Shown piece after piece: positions 26,001 through 41,300 of a stretch of DNA of 64,000 nt (positions within the stretch are counted from its first letter, which is position 1; every line of letters begins with the position of its first letter). Under the pieces are notes generated by a model, which worked only from the letters and a program-made list of their open reading frames with translations, was not told the DNA's origin and ran no database searches. The stretch is from Tubulanus polymorphus (Eukaryota; Animalia; Nemertea), in assembly GCF_964204645.1 (NCBI RefSeq), contig NC_134027.1, forward strand, positions 5,488,485-5,552,484. Direction: 5' to 3'. A program made the position numbers and the translations under genes.

Positions 26001-29000
26001 CGTTTGAAAAAAAATTATTCTGTTAACTAAGAAGTCATTTGTAATGTCAGCTAGCGTGGTGGGCCCACGTTTTCGATGAGCATGGCACATTTACACTAAT
26101 AGTTATACTATTATAATGCGTGAGTCTTGAACACATCATTTCAGTCTGGTTAACATTTTCACAATGTTCAGTTACAAACATTAAAGATTTGATCACATAA
26201 ATCTGCATTGGTAAAAACTCATATCCGTTCGTTGTTCTTTCGTTGATCATAGAATCAGAGATATTACTAAAAGCTATATGTCTATATATATGTTAAACGC
26301 GTCGCATTGTCAATGTCATGCGTCATAATTCGCCGAACAGACGAATCTACGAACGCTTTTATGCCGAAGTATATGAACATACTAAGTCTTTTTTAAAGCG
26401 GATTTTATGCACTAAGCACTAGAAGCGTATGTCGTATTATCCGAAGCGACGAGTATCTGTTTTTCTGCTTCGTACCGAGCCGCAATTGCGAGGGAAATCT
26501 TAATCTTTTGAAACTCTCTCTACAAGAGAGTAGTCTACATTATTATCACGATTTGTCCAGTTTTTGTGTCGAGTACAATTTCAGTAAAAAAAACTAACTT
26601 CAATACAAACAATGATGAGAGCGTAACTTTAAATCAAATGAGGCTATTTTTCAGCGCTTTCTACGCGACTCATGTAGGATAACGTTCGAAATGCTGTATC
26701 ACTATAGTACGTGGTTGATGTCCATTATCTAATTAACCAGATATAAATATATGAAAGTTGATGATATGGTTTTTGAAGTAAAATAACTTCGGTCCTACGT
26801 ATAACCGATGCGTATCGTCTGGTGGATGTTTGTCAGGGCCACCGGAGGCCGATTTGTCTTTCTTGCATGTTTTCCCTGGTCACTCGTTCGCCATTAATAG
26901 TTAAGTCTAAACCAATAACATACTGGTGATCCATCGTCTTATCGTATAAGAAATAACCGCGCTTATTTCTCAGTTGAATTCTAATAACAATAACATTTGC
27001 ATCCGTATAACGGGACAAAATGCGTCATCATCTCACTGAAAACTGTCATGATTGCAGGGTGATGAAAGTCATCTTGGTGATATTTCTACGAACAGTAAAC
27101 AGACTCAATCGAAACTGCCTTCTCAAAGCGTATATAACTGGTTTAGGTGTTCGTTATCGATACTTACCTCTGTAGAAATAATCTTTTGTCATTCAGACAG
27201 GATTTTATATTTACGAGATGATGTATGCATTCATCTTTTCGTATTCATATTCTAATTTTCAAAATGACAAACTGCCGTTAATGGTAAATCACTAAAAAGG
27301 TCCCATCGGTTACTGCGTATTATTCATCGTCAAAAACCAATCTAGTAACAGTAAAAGCGGCGACTCAATATATTCAAACGGCGAATATTCCGATCTGAAT
27401 AGAAATCGATATGTGAAAGAAAAACTTTTAACTTGATAAAAAGGAATCGAATTCTATCTACTATAGCATTTCTATCTGAGCCAGGGGCCATTTGAAATGA
27501 AGAATATAGTAGCGGTCGATTGATTTGCATTTATCCATACGCAGTTCTCTAAAACTATTTTCATCCGATGTTTACGAGTTTGGATAAAGTTTAGCTATTA
27601 AAAACTCACGCGAACACTACGGAGGACGTGAACTTTGCTTTTCTAGTTGAAAAGACACCTTAGAAAATATCAAATTCATTCGTGAACATAAGCTTTGCCT
27701 TTTGTTGGGTTTCATTCTCTTTGATACGATAACTGCATTTGTAATATATGTAGACCCCGCCCGAGTCTTATCTGATAAACTCAGACGTTTTTCTAAACTT
27801 TTTTTTGTGACACTATATTATGAAATACATAAAATCGGATATCACACAAGTCGGGCGTACGTTTACGGTCACAAAAGATCCGACTCTCTCCGAAAAAGAT
27901 ATCAAGTCCTTATGTTGCTGCCATATGCACGCGTTTTATCTATTTATGACCTCTAAACTGTCGCTTCACATCAGTTAATCCTGCACTCAAAGTCCTCGCC
28001 CTTCAATACTAGAAATTCACGATACTAAACGTAAAGACAATTGACAGTAAAATTTCATAGGGCCTATTTCTGGATTTGACTCATTATAGATTTAACGATA
28101 AAAGAAGATCATTAAAGCGGCGAATTTCGAGCTCTCTTCAAACATGGCCTTTAGTCAATAAGCAACCTGTATTGGTGTGTTTGTAATTCTGCGACAAATT
28201 TGATGATCTCTTCAGATTCTTGCTGTCTCATTTCACCTAACATTCGAATTGATCTCGATTGCATGAGTGAGCAGTGAGGAAAACTTTGATTTCTTTTAAT
28301 TGAGAAGAATATACAAATCCTTTAACGTCGACTGATCGAGCGTGTTTGATGAGGATCGCGAGGATCTCGATATTTTGTATTTCGTGACATCGTGATTTGA
28401 TGACCTTGAGAATGTTCTACCTCTGATGACAATTAAGAGAACTGCAAGATCGGGAAATCAAGATCAAATCAAAACAACCCTTAGACACACGCGATCAAAC
28501 TTGGGGGTATTAGGGGTATGATTGAGCCTGGTTTTATAAGATAGCCAAATATTCGACGTAGATTCGCAGTTACATCATGAAGAAGATTATTTTCTTCACC
28601 AAGTCTGCCGCGTTGACTTGTTATTTTCGGTTGGTTGCTGTTAATGCTCAGATCGATCGAGCAGTGTAGTACGCGATTTATCCATCACGGAGGCCTCGAA
28701 CATTGCACTACACGAACATCGTCTAGAGAAATTGAAAACTTCAACATAATTCTAATGGTTTAAAATCGTCGAGAGAGAAATTGAAATTTTTCAAGATGAA
28801 TCGATGGAGATGGTGTATTAGGAAAAATGCTTGAATGAAATATCGTCGAATTTGTCGTTTATTCAGCGTCGGTAAATGCAGTAGGTCGGTTACGTGACGA
28901 CTGAAGCGCTGGGGATTCACGAAGGAAAAAGTTTCAGTCCATCTAATTTCAATCATCTTCGCGTGATTCGCTTCGGAGTCATATTCGTGTTTTCAAACAC

Positions 29001-32000
29001 GGTTCGGCGATCTTACGGATTTTAGAGGCGTTGGATAAAGACGAATATCGTCGGCGTCACTGTTAAAAATCGCGAAATCGCGCGATTACAATTTGAATTG
29101 ATAGGCGAGATTTCCGCTAATGAGCCTCTCACAAATCGGGTTCAAGCGCTATTGCGACGCGTTATTGAAATGTGATTGTGACAACATATTTTCCAACGGG
29201 GTGCTTTTGGCACGTACAAACCCTACAAACTACGTGATTCTTATCGTAAACGTTTTAACTTAAATTGGGAAAACTCTCTCTCGCCAACGAGAAATGAGAT
29301 GCGCGAGATCTTATTTCAATTTCACAGCACCTATTACCGCTCATTATTACCATATATTCATATATTGTTAGAAATACTGCCAACAAACCCAGTTCGACCC
29401 AGTTCGACGATGGCTTCCCGAAGTAGACCTATTTTACATACAGAATCATTTCTTTTTATCTAATTTGTGTAAAAACTCCTGCATTTGTTAACGATGTCAT
29501 CATACATCTGTAAAACGTTCAGTGTATAAAAACTGATCAGAACCTCGTTGTGACTTCGCAACGGAATATCATTTGCGATACGCTTTCACTAAACGAATTG
29601 TTGTTCAGAGTTCGAATTACGGATTATTGATTATGAAACGGAATGAAACAGCTCTTCCGTTCGATTGAATTGTTTTACGCTTGAAATCAAACTGGCGTGC
29701 AGTAAAAATCAATCGCTTGAGAGATTTAATTAAGAAATTTGCTGAATTCTAGATTTAATTCAACTCCAAACTTTCTTTAGGTATCCGTAGACAGTCACCA
29801 AGCGGTAATGTGATATTATCGAAATGGCCCGTGTAGAAGGCTACCTGCGAGATAATCAAAAATCACTGAATGAAATATTATGAAATCCCCGAATATCCGC
29901 GGTAATCGTGTTTTGGAAGCGTGGGTGCGAGAAACTCGATTGATTATGGAGACAGAAGATCACGCAATCAGCCCTCTGACACAGTTCGGGAATCTATCTA
30001 AAATTTTTGTAAATAATAAAGTGGTAAAAATAATAAACTTATAAAGCGGCACTCGATCGTGTCAGAAATACCGTTTTAGCTGCTTTTCCCAATGGGTAAG
30101 CATACTGGATAGCTTATATTTTGATCTTTGTAAACATTATCTCTTCGATTCGATTTATATTTATTGAGAGATTTTAACAGATTTCTGTTGAAAGTGAATC
30201 TGACTACAAAAGTATTGCCAGAATTCCACGTTATATCGAAAACTCCAAACACAAGTTGTTTCCTGGTCTTTTATTCACCAGCCTCCTCTGGCGATGAGAA
30301 CTATTATTGAAAAAAATTTCGATACGCAGTTTTAAATTTGAAACCAGAGGCAACATGTCAAAATAGTAATCTAGTATGAACGCTTGTTCTGAGGATGGCG
30401 ATGAAAATAAGGTTTCATACCACACCCTTTTATAGTATCACTCCTAATTGTAGCCGACAGGGCAAAATTGCGCTCCTTGATTTTTGAACTTTTTTCGATC
30501 ATCAAGCGACCATACAACCACCAATACAGCGTGCATGAAAATAAGATACTCTCGTGTGGGCTTTTACGAGCTACGGTTTATTTAACATAATTGATAGTTT
30601 GTCGCGTGAATGATTTGATTCATAGACAAAAAATGCGCGGAGAAAGTTTATTTCCTCTGAGTCGTATATCTAACGCACGAATCAGTTTCAAGATCGTCAA
30701 ATAATTCAAACTCGATTGGGTTTTCAATCAACATTTTGTCATTTTGACTACCGCTTCGCTCGGAGGCCGATTTAAATTTTCCAGCGTCGAAAACTCAAAC
30801 ACGTAACCGCCAAAAGCTTTTGTGTACTGACGGGAAAATGCATTGCAAATGATATACAAAACGAAGGTGCATCAACCAAACTAAATACAACTGTAATAAA
30901 AGGCTTCTCTAATTATATCAAATTCAGCTGCCGACTGTCGCTTCTTATATCTGAAGCTTTGAAGTTATACACGACGGTAGATTCATTTCTCGGGAAAAAT
31001 CTCGAGAAAAATCCACTCGCTCTTGATCAGTATCTGACAGCGCCGAAAGGCAGAGCCTGACCACCTCTCAAAGCGTGGCATTACATCCAATTTCTGAGCT
31101 AATTCTGAGTGCTGAGACGAAAACCACAGGAAACAATTGGATTCTGATTGAGACTGTCATTAATTTGTGACCCGAGGTAGATATGTTCTCATCTTTTTTT
31201 TTATTCGGTGAATTTATCAAATTGGTACTTCCTCTAGTTTCATGGATTTTACTCCCAGAATTTGATAAGAAATTGGACAACGCGGTCAATGGTATGATCC
31301 AGGAATTAGTTTCAATTAATGAATTGACTTCATTACTGAAATGAATGATGAGAAATAAGACTGATCTATCGTTTCGATAGTTGTTTCGGCATTTGATCGT
31401 AAAAACTATCAATCTAGAACATTTTCCTGTCTCTCAGAGTTGACATCATAGAACCAGCTGGTGTGTTTTATTCATAAAGCGATCGCGGCAATAACGTTAC
31501 CTAGAAAACTGCAACACGCACTAGTGCGAGTGTGAATTTGCTTGCACATCTGAGCAAACAACCACAGCCGTATCGGTGCCACAAACCACCCCCGATGTCG
31601 GCTAGATTATATCTTACGATTAAAGTTGTGTGCATAGCATACTTTCCTAGTATCAGACACTATTTCCGCATAAAATCTTATTTTCCCTTTCGCTCTTTCA
31701 GGTCGTTAAGGGAGCATCCTGTTTTACGACGGTCGTAATAAATTGTTTTTAAGTTACGTGCTACGTCTAGAAGGAGCCAGTCTTTGCGGTGGTCTGACAA
31801 AACACTTAATGATTTTAACAACGGCAAAATGTCTAGCATATATTACGTACGAACGAGTCAATGCGTATCGAAAGGTAACTACTTATGGCGGTGATTAAGA
31901 CCCATCATTCGATGGGTTGCCTTCGTTATTCGTTTGAAACGTACATCTTTTGTCGACAAGATTACACTGGACGGATTGTTATTTAGCATTTATCTCGGCG

Positions 32001-33086
32001 ACAATGATATGACAGTCGGCTCGTTATGCTCGTTAAAACGTCAGATCACATACCATCAGTATTACGACAATGGCACTGGCAATGGCACTATCGAGAACTA
32101 ACGGTCATGCTATAGGGCTTTATTGCCTCAGTCTCTCACGATTGTACCAATTCAACGTGAGATTAACGAAGACCTCTAGTCTCTGGCCATCAGTCAGCCT
32201 CTTAAGGATAAATGTCATGATTTACACCAGGTATTCAGGGGGATTTTCTGTGATATACGGAGATGCGCGACCCGGTGATTATTGGTGCGAGGTACTAATT
32301 CGAAATGCCACGTGACTACGCGCACCTACTGATGTGACTAATCGCCTGCCCACTCGAAAACATATGATTTATGAAAAAAATGAATCAAAAATTCAGGAAA
32401 TTAAATTCTAAATCGAATGTATTTTGATTCAAGTAGTGTATAGAGATGCTCGTTAGTTCTTATACCTATAAATGATAGGTTTTCGTCACACCGTCATCCA
32501 AAACAGTTCAAATACTCATATTCTGACATCATAAACGAATTTCTATTAATACACGGTATTTCGACAGGTAATAGTTATTTCTACAGGTGATTTCGTTACT
32601 GAGATCGATGCTATTTGTTATCGCTCAGTCATTTCATTGCCCATGGGGCGAAATCCATCCTCAACGGTTTCCAATAAATCTTTATATTCAAACCAGTGAC
32701 AACTTTAATGACCTCGTGGACGTCGAAATTCAATAACAGGCTTTCGGTGTTACGTTAGAACGAATGTAATCGATCATATGATTATGTTGGGCTCAATACC
32801 GTAAGAAAAATACTTTCGATTGAGAAGTAAAGTTACATCGATATGGTAACAGATTTTAATGGATAGTAAGCTTTGATTATCATACTCGTTAAGGGATATT
32901 CGTGAACATTCCGAGGAAATTCTGAACGATTTTTATATCATTTGTAAATTCATACGACTCTCTTAGAGTTTCCGACGGAAAATATTTATGGATTTATCAC
33001 ATTCACCCGCTAGATATCCAATACTTATCACATGTTTTGTTTAACATGTAGTGATCATTAGCAACTTAACACTCCTTATTCATCTT

Positions 33087-33277
33087 GGGCGGGCGCAGGA
33101 AAACCCTGTAATAGCCTAACCGTGCTTAGCGGCTTATCCGTAGATAGGCTTACCAGCTGAGATGAAGAGGCCGCACGAAATCTTGGTTTGCTAACAACGT
33201 TTTCCTGCGCCCATTTTACGCCTAACCGCAGTTTACTAACCATGCTTAGCACTAACAGGGTTTTCCCGCGCCTGCCT
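33087..33277. mobile_element. MITE (PIF/Harbinger-like ends)
   Basis: GGGCGGGCGCAGGAAAACCCTGT ... ACAGGGTTTTCCCGCGCCTGCC inverted termini; internal repeated CTAACC.TGCTTAGC. Confidence 0.65.
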
Positions 33278-35061
33278 GGTGGTATGCCTTTTTAACGAAT
33301 TACGCTCGATAGCATACGAACGTTCAGATATCATGATTTACATTCAACTATCAACTGAAGAAAATTATCCATTTTTGAATTAACATATAAGTATAAGTAA
33401 ACGTACTTCGACCTTAGATGTGTTTTACTTCAGAAGTATCTGATCGATGCTGATCATTTGCCGTACGTAATTCTTATATCAAAAGTAGTGTCAGTTCTAG
33501 GCAACTTTAATAGTGATCCCAAGATAAATTTTTTTCTTATATATAGATTTGTCTACATTGCTTTGAACGCACATATCACAGGCCTAATGAGATATCATTA
33601 TGTATAAAAGACTGGTTAGTTTTTATCAATTTTGATTCATAAACAGAAGTCTCCAGTAATTATGGCGAGCTAAAAAAAACTCGGTATTGAATAATATCAC
33701 TAGCTATACCGTAAACATGTAAAATGACACCGACAAATCGAAGCAACGGGTGTTTTTTTATCACCGAGTGTTTGTGGCGTTTTTTTCGATTAATTTTCAT
33801 CAAAATCATCTTTACATTTTAGGAACATATGTGAAATGCTGATCTATCTAAACGATTAATGAAGCAAGACATACTATTTCTTTAATTTCTAGTTTGATAG
33901 GCATATGTGTGAATATGATGTCACGTATTAAGGTTTGTCGTGACACTTATGTAAATATCATACAAATCGTATGACTGTTTTGTTAAGATATCAGGATGTT
34001 TTTCCTTCCCTTATGGTTAAGATATGTTGATGACGATATTTATGTTTTGTGTCCGATTCTTTTAATGATGACAGTTTTCTCAACTTCGCCAATTGTTACC
34101 TTTCGTCGTTGATATGGACGCATATGAAACAAGTATAAAGGACACATAAAATGGATCCATTTTGCACTAAGACATTCCCCAGCCCCCTCATCCGTGCGCG
34201 TGAACAGCTGCAGAATGATCGTAAATATACGTCACTAGTCACTAATCAGTCAAGTAACATCGGTATGAAGACCTTTTATTGTTTTGTATCGCCTCGCTGA
34301 GTATGCAAAAGAAAGGTACGTCGTTAACATTCAGAATTTCACTAACTGTTGGGATCATCAAACTGTGAAATTTCGGCAAAACGATGCAACTATTTCTGAT
34401 GACGATAGAACGTAGTTTTTGATTTAGAATGTCGGATTAGTTACCGTCGATAGACAGGTGGAGAGGAAAGATGCTCAGTTTGAATAATTATGGGTTTAGC
34501 CACAGTGTCCGCGATTAAGCTCTAATCGGAAAGTATCTGTTCAATTAATAATAAAACGGCCTTCTCTAAAAATCTAATCGAGTGAGCGTGTTTGGAGAGA
34601 AATCTTTAAGATTTGACATGAATACCCGAATGTATGATCTTTCAATGGACCTGCTTACAAATCATAATATCACGAAGATATAAGTTAGAGGATGCACCAA
34701 GTGAGGCATCCTCTTTGACGTATCTTCAACATCAGATGATATGATTATCACGTATCATACACGACGGACAAACATTTCAGTTTACATGAAATGACGGATT
34801 GTTTTCTCACGAGCGTGACTGCGAGACTTTTTGAGGTTGCAATTGATCAAATCGAGAACCGCTTCATCAAACACGCTCGTCACAATCATTAAGACATCAG
34901 AGTTTAAAGTACAAATTGCAGTTTCACGAAGCTTACCACGATCGTTGAGGCGGATAAAAATGAAAAGGTCGTTGTTGTCTAACAGAGAATTTGTCGAATT
35001 TGTGTTTATCGGATATGATTAGGCCTACCGACATTTCCATTAATGTTCTTCCATTTAAACA

Positions 35062-35192
35062 GAAAGTCCTGTAAATTCGACCGATCACCCAACTATTACT
35101 TGGATTTCCGATTTCAGAATCAAAACCCCGGTTTCGTTCTCGGCAGGTGTGGTGGGTTTGTAAGGGGCACCAAATCAAAACAAATCAAATCA
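35062..35192 (-). repeat. Dispersed repeat, copy 1 (inverted relative to 49536-49670)
   Basis: Reverse complement TTTGATTTGTTTTGATTTGGTGCCCCTTACAAACCCACCACACCTGCC...GGTCGAATTTACAG matches the copy at 49.5 kb. Confidence 0.75.
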
Positions 35193-35287
35193 ACTAAATA
35201 ATTGGGAAAAAATCCTATTTTACGATAAAGATAAATCTAGATAGAGGAGAGAATCCCACAATGATGATAAAAAGTCCGAAAATGAAA

Positions 35288-35388
35288 CTTTGAGATAGTA
35301 GTTTATTTCATTGTTTCGACTATATTCTCATAGTCATCTTCAGGAATGATAAAGTCGAAACGTTGAAATAAACTACTATCTCGAATTT
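35288..35388. repeat. Inverted repeat containing a degenerate hammerhead-like core
   Basis: GAGATAGTAGTTTATTTCA..GTTTCGACT / AGTCGAAAC..TGAAATAAACTACTATCTC inverted pair. Minus strand 35343-35314 reads CTGAAGA-T-GACTAT-gagaat-ATAGTC-GAAA. Confidence 0.6.
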
Positions 35389-38300
35389 ATTTTCTTATAA
35401 AGCCCAAGTCTAAAACATAATCATTGCGCTTGACATTAAAAAGAAAACATACATAAAAAAGAGACACATAGAAAAAAAAATTTACATATTAAGTGGAATA
35501 CTTGACTAGAAGTTATGACAAATATGTTCGATTAAAAAGAAAAGTTTTGAGACTAGTTTTAAAAGATTATCAATTGATAAGAACTGCCTTCTTTTTTTCA
35601 ATTATCTCGATTAGTTTTGTGAAACCAGGTGTTTGTCTCTGTATGAAAATAGTGACGAGGACAACCGAAAATAAATTCAGAGTATCTTCGCGCATGATAA
35701 AAGGTCGCAGTAATTGTTCTCAGTGCTATTTTAGAAAATGATATCAAATAAATTCATATGTTTCTATGTATGATTACTTCGCATCGTGTCCTTACAAAAC
35801 TGTATTATGGCTGCGCGAAAAATAACTTTTTCTCTCAGAATCTGGCTTCATCTTTGTTAACGCACCCGACTGTCAATGGCGTAAAAAACCATACCGTATA
35901 CAATTACTTAATTGGATGAGAAAAACCTTAGAGAAGATGGCAAAAATGATGGATCGAAGCTCGTGACGTAGAAAATGGCATTTATGCCGTGTCAACATAA
36001 AGTTACTCGAACATTGAGTTATCGTTGGTGATATAATTGCGTCCATATTAGAATTTGTATTGATTCGTGCGCGGGGTTTGTTCTTTAAGCCCCGGTTAAT
36101 ACCTAACAAATCGTCTCTTGAACTCTAAATCATTTTTTATGAGAACTAGAGAGAGATAACATCCCATTTATTCAAGACTAGACTTCCCTCTTTTTGAGAT
36201 GTTGAGTATTTGGTGCAGATGGTAACTGCGATTGTTTCCTCATTTTCTTGTTGACAGGTGAGTCGTATTACGCGTGACGGATGGTCTAAAGTTAATGCAC
36301 CCGTTATCACAATAGGCTACAATTTAATCAACTCCTTTTTCCACAGGCGCAAAAACCAATACGAATGAATCAGAATGTTGCGCAAGGCCATTATCGGCGC
36401 AGAAAGTTCATAATTATTTCAGAATTTCCATTTATATTAGAAGACCGCCGCCGTCCTTTTTCGTGTAGTCGCGTACATTGGGTTTGTGTTAATCGTTTAG
36501 ATTCACTTCATATTGCATCTTTCAGGATGATGGAACCGTGTTCATTAGACGTAAATAGGTTTTTGCAGGAATGGTTCATCATAATAGGAAACAGCACGTT
36601 TACCATCGGCGCAACCTCTTCTCCGATGTCACGATTGAATTTCTATGCGCATATCTCAGTGATTTAACGGAATTTAAAGTATGCCTTAAATACCTCCATT
36701 AAATAACGCGCGGTCGCAGAAGGCTGGTCACAATATACTACCAAAAGATCATACTGCAGTATGGTACCAATTAGAGAATTATATAGTGTATGAACCAATA
36801 AATATTGTTCAGCATTCCATGCACGAAATATTGACAATGTCTAATCTAAGTGCAGAGTATTGACAGACGAATCGTCAGCGGGCTTGAAGATTGACAGCTT
36901 TGAGTTTCATACACCAAAAGTAAATAAAAGTGCAATATCTTCGCTCGAACGTGGTCGATACAGACTATAAAGCGCAGTCGTCCTTCCTTACCAGTAATAG
37001 AAGAAATTAATTACAGCCTTATGCAAATCATAATTTGCGGTTGCTTCTTTTTTAATGCGAAAGATATATTTTTTCAACATCAATGGTGACAATTAGTCAC
37101 AGGAGAAGATAGCGGCCTAATCAACCCCCTGCGGCCATTCAATTCTCAAAAGTTAATGCCAATTCATTTGCAATTCATCAACATTCAAACGATATCTGTT
37201 CATTCTGTCAAGTATTTAATCATACGTTAAGTTCACGCTAAGTTTTCGATTAAGCTTGCTTCAAAAGCTTAGATATCGAAATACCGCGTAAGGAAATTAT
37301 TCCTAAGTCATCATCAGATTGGAAATAGTTATTTCTTGAATACAAAAATAGTTTTATCACCATTTATGAATGCGAGACTGATCAAAAGTTTCGGAACCTT
37401 CTCGAAATATCATTCAATCTATTTCGCTTTCATCTAGAATTCATCGTTTATACAATCTAATGGAAAATATCCATTCATGAATACTGCCACCCTAACGGCC
37501 AATATGTATCTGAATGCCATGACAACTTTACGCGCTATTATTACGGAAGTACCAGATATTTGTCGTTCGGTTTTAACATGTTAATAGCGTTAAGTCGATG
37601 TAATGCTGAATTAGGAATTTGATTCTGGGCCGCGGGGACTCGAGATCCGCAAATCTGAAGAGGCGAAACCTACGTCAGTAAACCTATCGGTGTTATTAAA
37701 GGATTAGATAAAAATTGAAAAGTTATTGTGGAATTTTACAGAATACCCCGAAAGCCGCCATATAAAAATGCCACGTGAGCTTTAATTTTCTAATAGCATG
37801 AAAATCGGATATTTGGTTTTGCCATTAAAATATCGATAAAAAGGGAAACTCAGCAAGATAATCTGGTTCAAAATTCAAAGTAACGAGCTTTAGTCGTCGT
37901 TTCTATACAGAAAAATGAATATTCTGTTGCTCCGGAACTGCAACAGAGATCACCGGAGTCACAGAAAAGCTAGAATACGACTTCCTATCTCTAAGCTGTT
38001 CTTTCCCGCGACAAAAAGGCGATAAATCAGATTTCGGTTAAGGCGGATTTTGATTAGACCTGCCACTAGTTACAACTATGAACAAATAAAGATGACCGAG
38101 ATTATGACAATCTGTATAGTTACCCCCATATATCGCTGACAGAAAATCAACGGAACCGCGGGCGGCTATGGCATACCGATGATACTGTATCATTAAGTAA
38201 GATCTATTACACAGGTAACAAGATAAGAATATAGAGAGCGGCTGGAAAAAATAACTGATGTGGCAGCATAAAAAACGCAATTTCCAAAGAGAAAAACACA

Positions 38301-41300
38301 TTTATTTTGAATATTGATATAAAACTGAATAACAATTCTGCTGAAATATCACCAATACATCCAGGTACACAAATATTTGCCAATTCTCGACCAAAATTTG
38401 ACTTCATCAGAATTGCTCTACCACCCATCGCGTTGAATCAATATTTATGTTCCATATGGTTTTATGTTTAAGTAATTATATGGTATTTTTGATTAAGGTT
38501 CTGTTGCCCGCAGTCGCATTCGCAGTTGTTGGTTAATTAATTAAATCAACGTTACATTTCCCGATGGAAAACCAAACCTTGTACAATTCAGAAAAGATTT
38601 TCGCCCATAGCAAATCGATCGACGGTGATCGCGTAATTCAATGAAACCGCAACGTTTCGCGATCGCTCAACAGAATCCAGTGACATCTTCGTCACCGAGA
38701 GAAAAAATACCGTTGATTTTCAAACCTCGGTACTGATGACATTTACCTCTTACTCACCGTAGTGAATACGGTATAGGGTACATACATCAGAGGGTATTTA
38801 ACCTGAATCGATGGTTGTAGTCGAAAAATGATAAAAACCCGTCCATCAACCGGTACAGAATGACTCTCCACGTACGTTTAAATCTCCCAACGCTTTGGCT
38901 GCTGTTCCTCGCTGCTTGACGGCGGTCAAGACCTTGTGATGCGTGCGTGGTGAATCTGCGTGCTTGTGCGTGTAAAAGCTATGTGCATTAAACCTTAACA
39001 TGCAAGTGCGTGTGTGCACCACAATTATGTGCTATTGCGTGCGATTGGTTTGTGCCTCTACTTAAATGGTTTAATCTACGTAAATGATTTCTATGAATTC
39101 TACTTTCTATGTAAATATATACACACTGTGATTAGATGATACAAAGCTTGGATAATGATGATGCTAGATATATGACGTTTTGTAAAAGTGACCGTAATCG
39201 ATGAAAGACATTAGCTTGAACAAACATTAATATTCGCGTACCAATTTGTTGTATGCACGAACTTCAATTCGAATAACCAAAAAGCTAGTTTTGTCGAGCT
39301 AATTCTTCACACCTTGTGCGATATAATCTCATCAGTTACAAACAAATGCTAGAATAACATTTTCTTTTCGAAACTCGTGTAAGAACACGATTATGATTGG
39401 TTGATTAACGAGTTACGAATTGAATTCTTTTTCTGAACTCGCTTTAGTAACAGTGAATGCAACTTGTAATCCATTCACGTCAAAATACGAGGACTTTTCG
39501 TGAATTGTGTGAAGAAAAATACATTCAAAGTAATAAACCCGATATCTTTCCCCATACAAAAGCATCAAATTAAGGTATTTATTCTAGCATCCTATGAGAT
39601 AAGAAGGAGGTATATTCTACCTCCCTGGATTTCCAAATTTGAAACCGAGCACATTCAAGAAACAGATTAACCCATTTCTTTTGTCACATATTGAATGATT
39701 TGGATTACGAAGACGAAAAGAACGTATTACAGATCTCAATACAAAAGAACAAGGACCAGTTACTGGGAGTGCGAATTAGTGAAATCTTGTAGCTGGTTTT
39801 TTGGCAGTAGTAGAAACAATTGCCGTAGAAACTGTCGTTTGTTCATTTGAATTTATTGCGACATTTCATTGAAAAAATAGCTTTTTTGAATGGATCGCGT
39901 ATGTCAATGCTACGTATTTAAGAAAAATTGAAATCGTAGTAGCTGTAACGGTGGAACGCATAGTAAAATCTCATATTACAAATTGATAGCTAGGGAATTA
40001 GTGAAGAAGAGAAATGCTCCACCGGGAAATTCCCTAAAGATATTTCGAAGTAAAGAGGGAAGTTTAAAACTAAATGACTTGTATTTTTATTTATGATGCA
40101 AAAAGTGTCGTCTTCTGATATACGCGATCTGAATGCAAACATTCTCTGTTCAACATGAAATATTAATAAAGGGTAAATTCCACTGATTACGGGTACTTTG
40201 TAGTACGTTTGAGACTCATTAGAAACGATGCAAGTGTTTCTTAGGACGTTAGCCGTAACATTTTTTCTGAATATGAAAATCATAAACGATGGAAAATATT
40301 CAACGCGGCAATTTTAGTCATATTATATCATTATTATACCATAGCGTGAAGGAGACGCTACGAACAAAACAATGCCCTATACTGTACGTTGAACCTGCTT
40401 CAAAGTAGCAATGAATATTGCCCTGTATCGTGTTGATAGCTAAATTCTGAATTAAGATTTAATAGGTTGGGACTTGTCTCATTTTACTATAATCTGAAGA
40501 GAGGACGCGTGTGATTTAGGATATAGAATGGCCCTTCTGTGCCCATTTCATCGCGAACAAGTTTTGAATAGTTCGGATTAATGAAACCGATGTTTCAGGT
40601 ACTCGCTAGTACCGGGGACGTTTTTACGACGTCACCGATGATTTAGAACTAAATTTCCGCAAACGTTTTTCAATACCGAGGACACGAGTGTCTCATAAAG
40701 AAAGGAAATTTATTTTCCGTCCTTATTTTTTACACGTGACGAATTGAAATAAGTTGATTTATTTCCGTTCTTCTGAATTATGTTTTATTCCAGGAATGTT
40801 ACGGAAATCGAGAACTTTTTCTTATCTTAATTAAGATTATCTTGATCAATCTTGATCAAGGGGCGGGGACGTGTTTAGATTTGATTAGATCGTTCATCTT
40901 TTTTACGGGAAATTAAGAAATTAGATTTACAGTGGTATATTACTAGATGCTAGCTATATCTCCGTGAGACGATGGTAAGTTTGCACGAAATATTTACACG
41001 GAGTTTTGTGTCGTCTTTGAGAAAACAGAGAAATTCACTTTCAGCGACAGAAAAATTAGACGTCATACGGGCGCATTTTTATGCATTATTAATTCTGAAA
41101 TTGACACGTAAAAGTAGAGGAGGGAGAAAGATGCCATCGTCGCATTTTACCTCGCAGTGATAGAGAATTAATATCGTCTTCAATGCTTCTACTAAAGTTT
41201 CGGGAGAAGCACCATCAAAAATAGTTTTCTCGCTAAGATGTTCGCATAAAACGAATTTGATGAAGTCACCCCAGGGTTTTTCTGTTCATTTCAATTTCCC

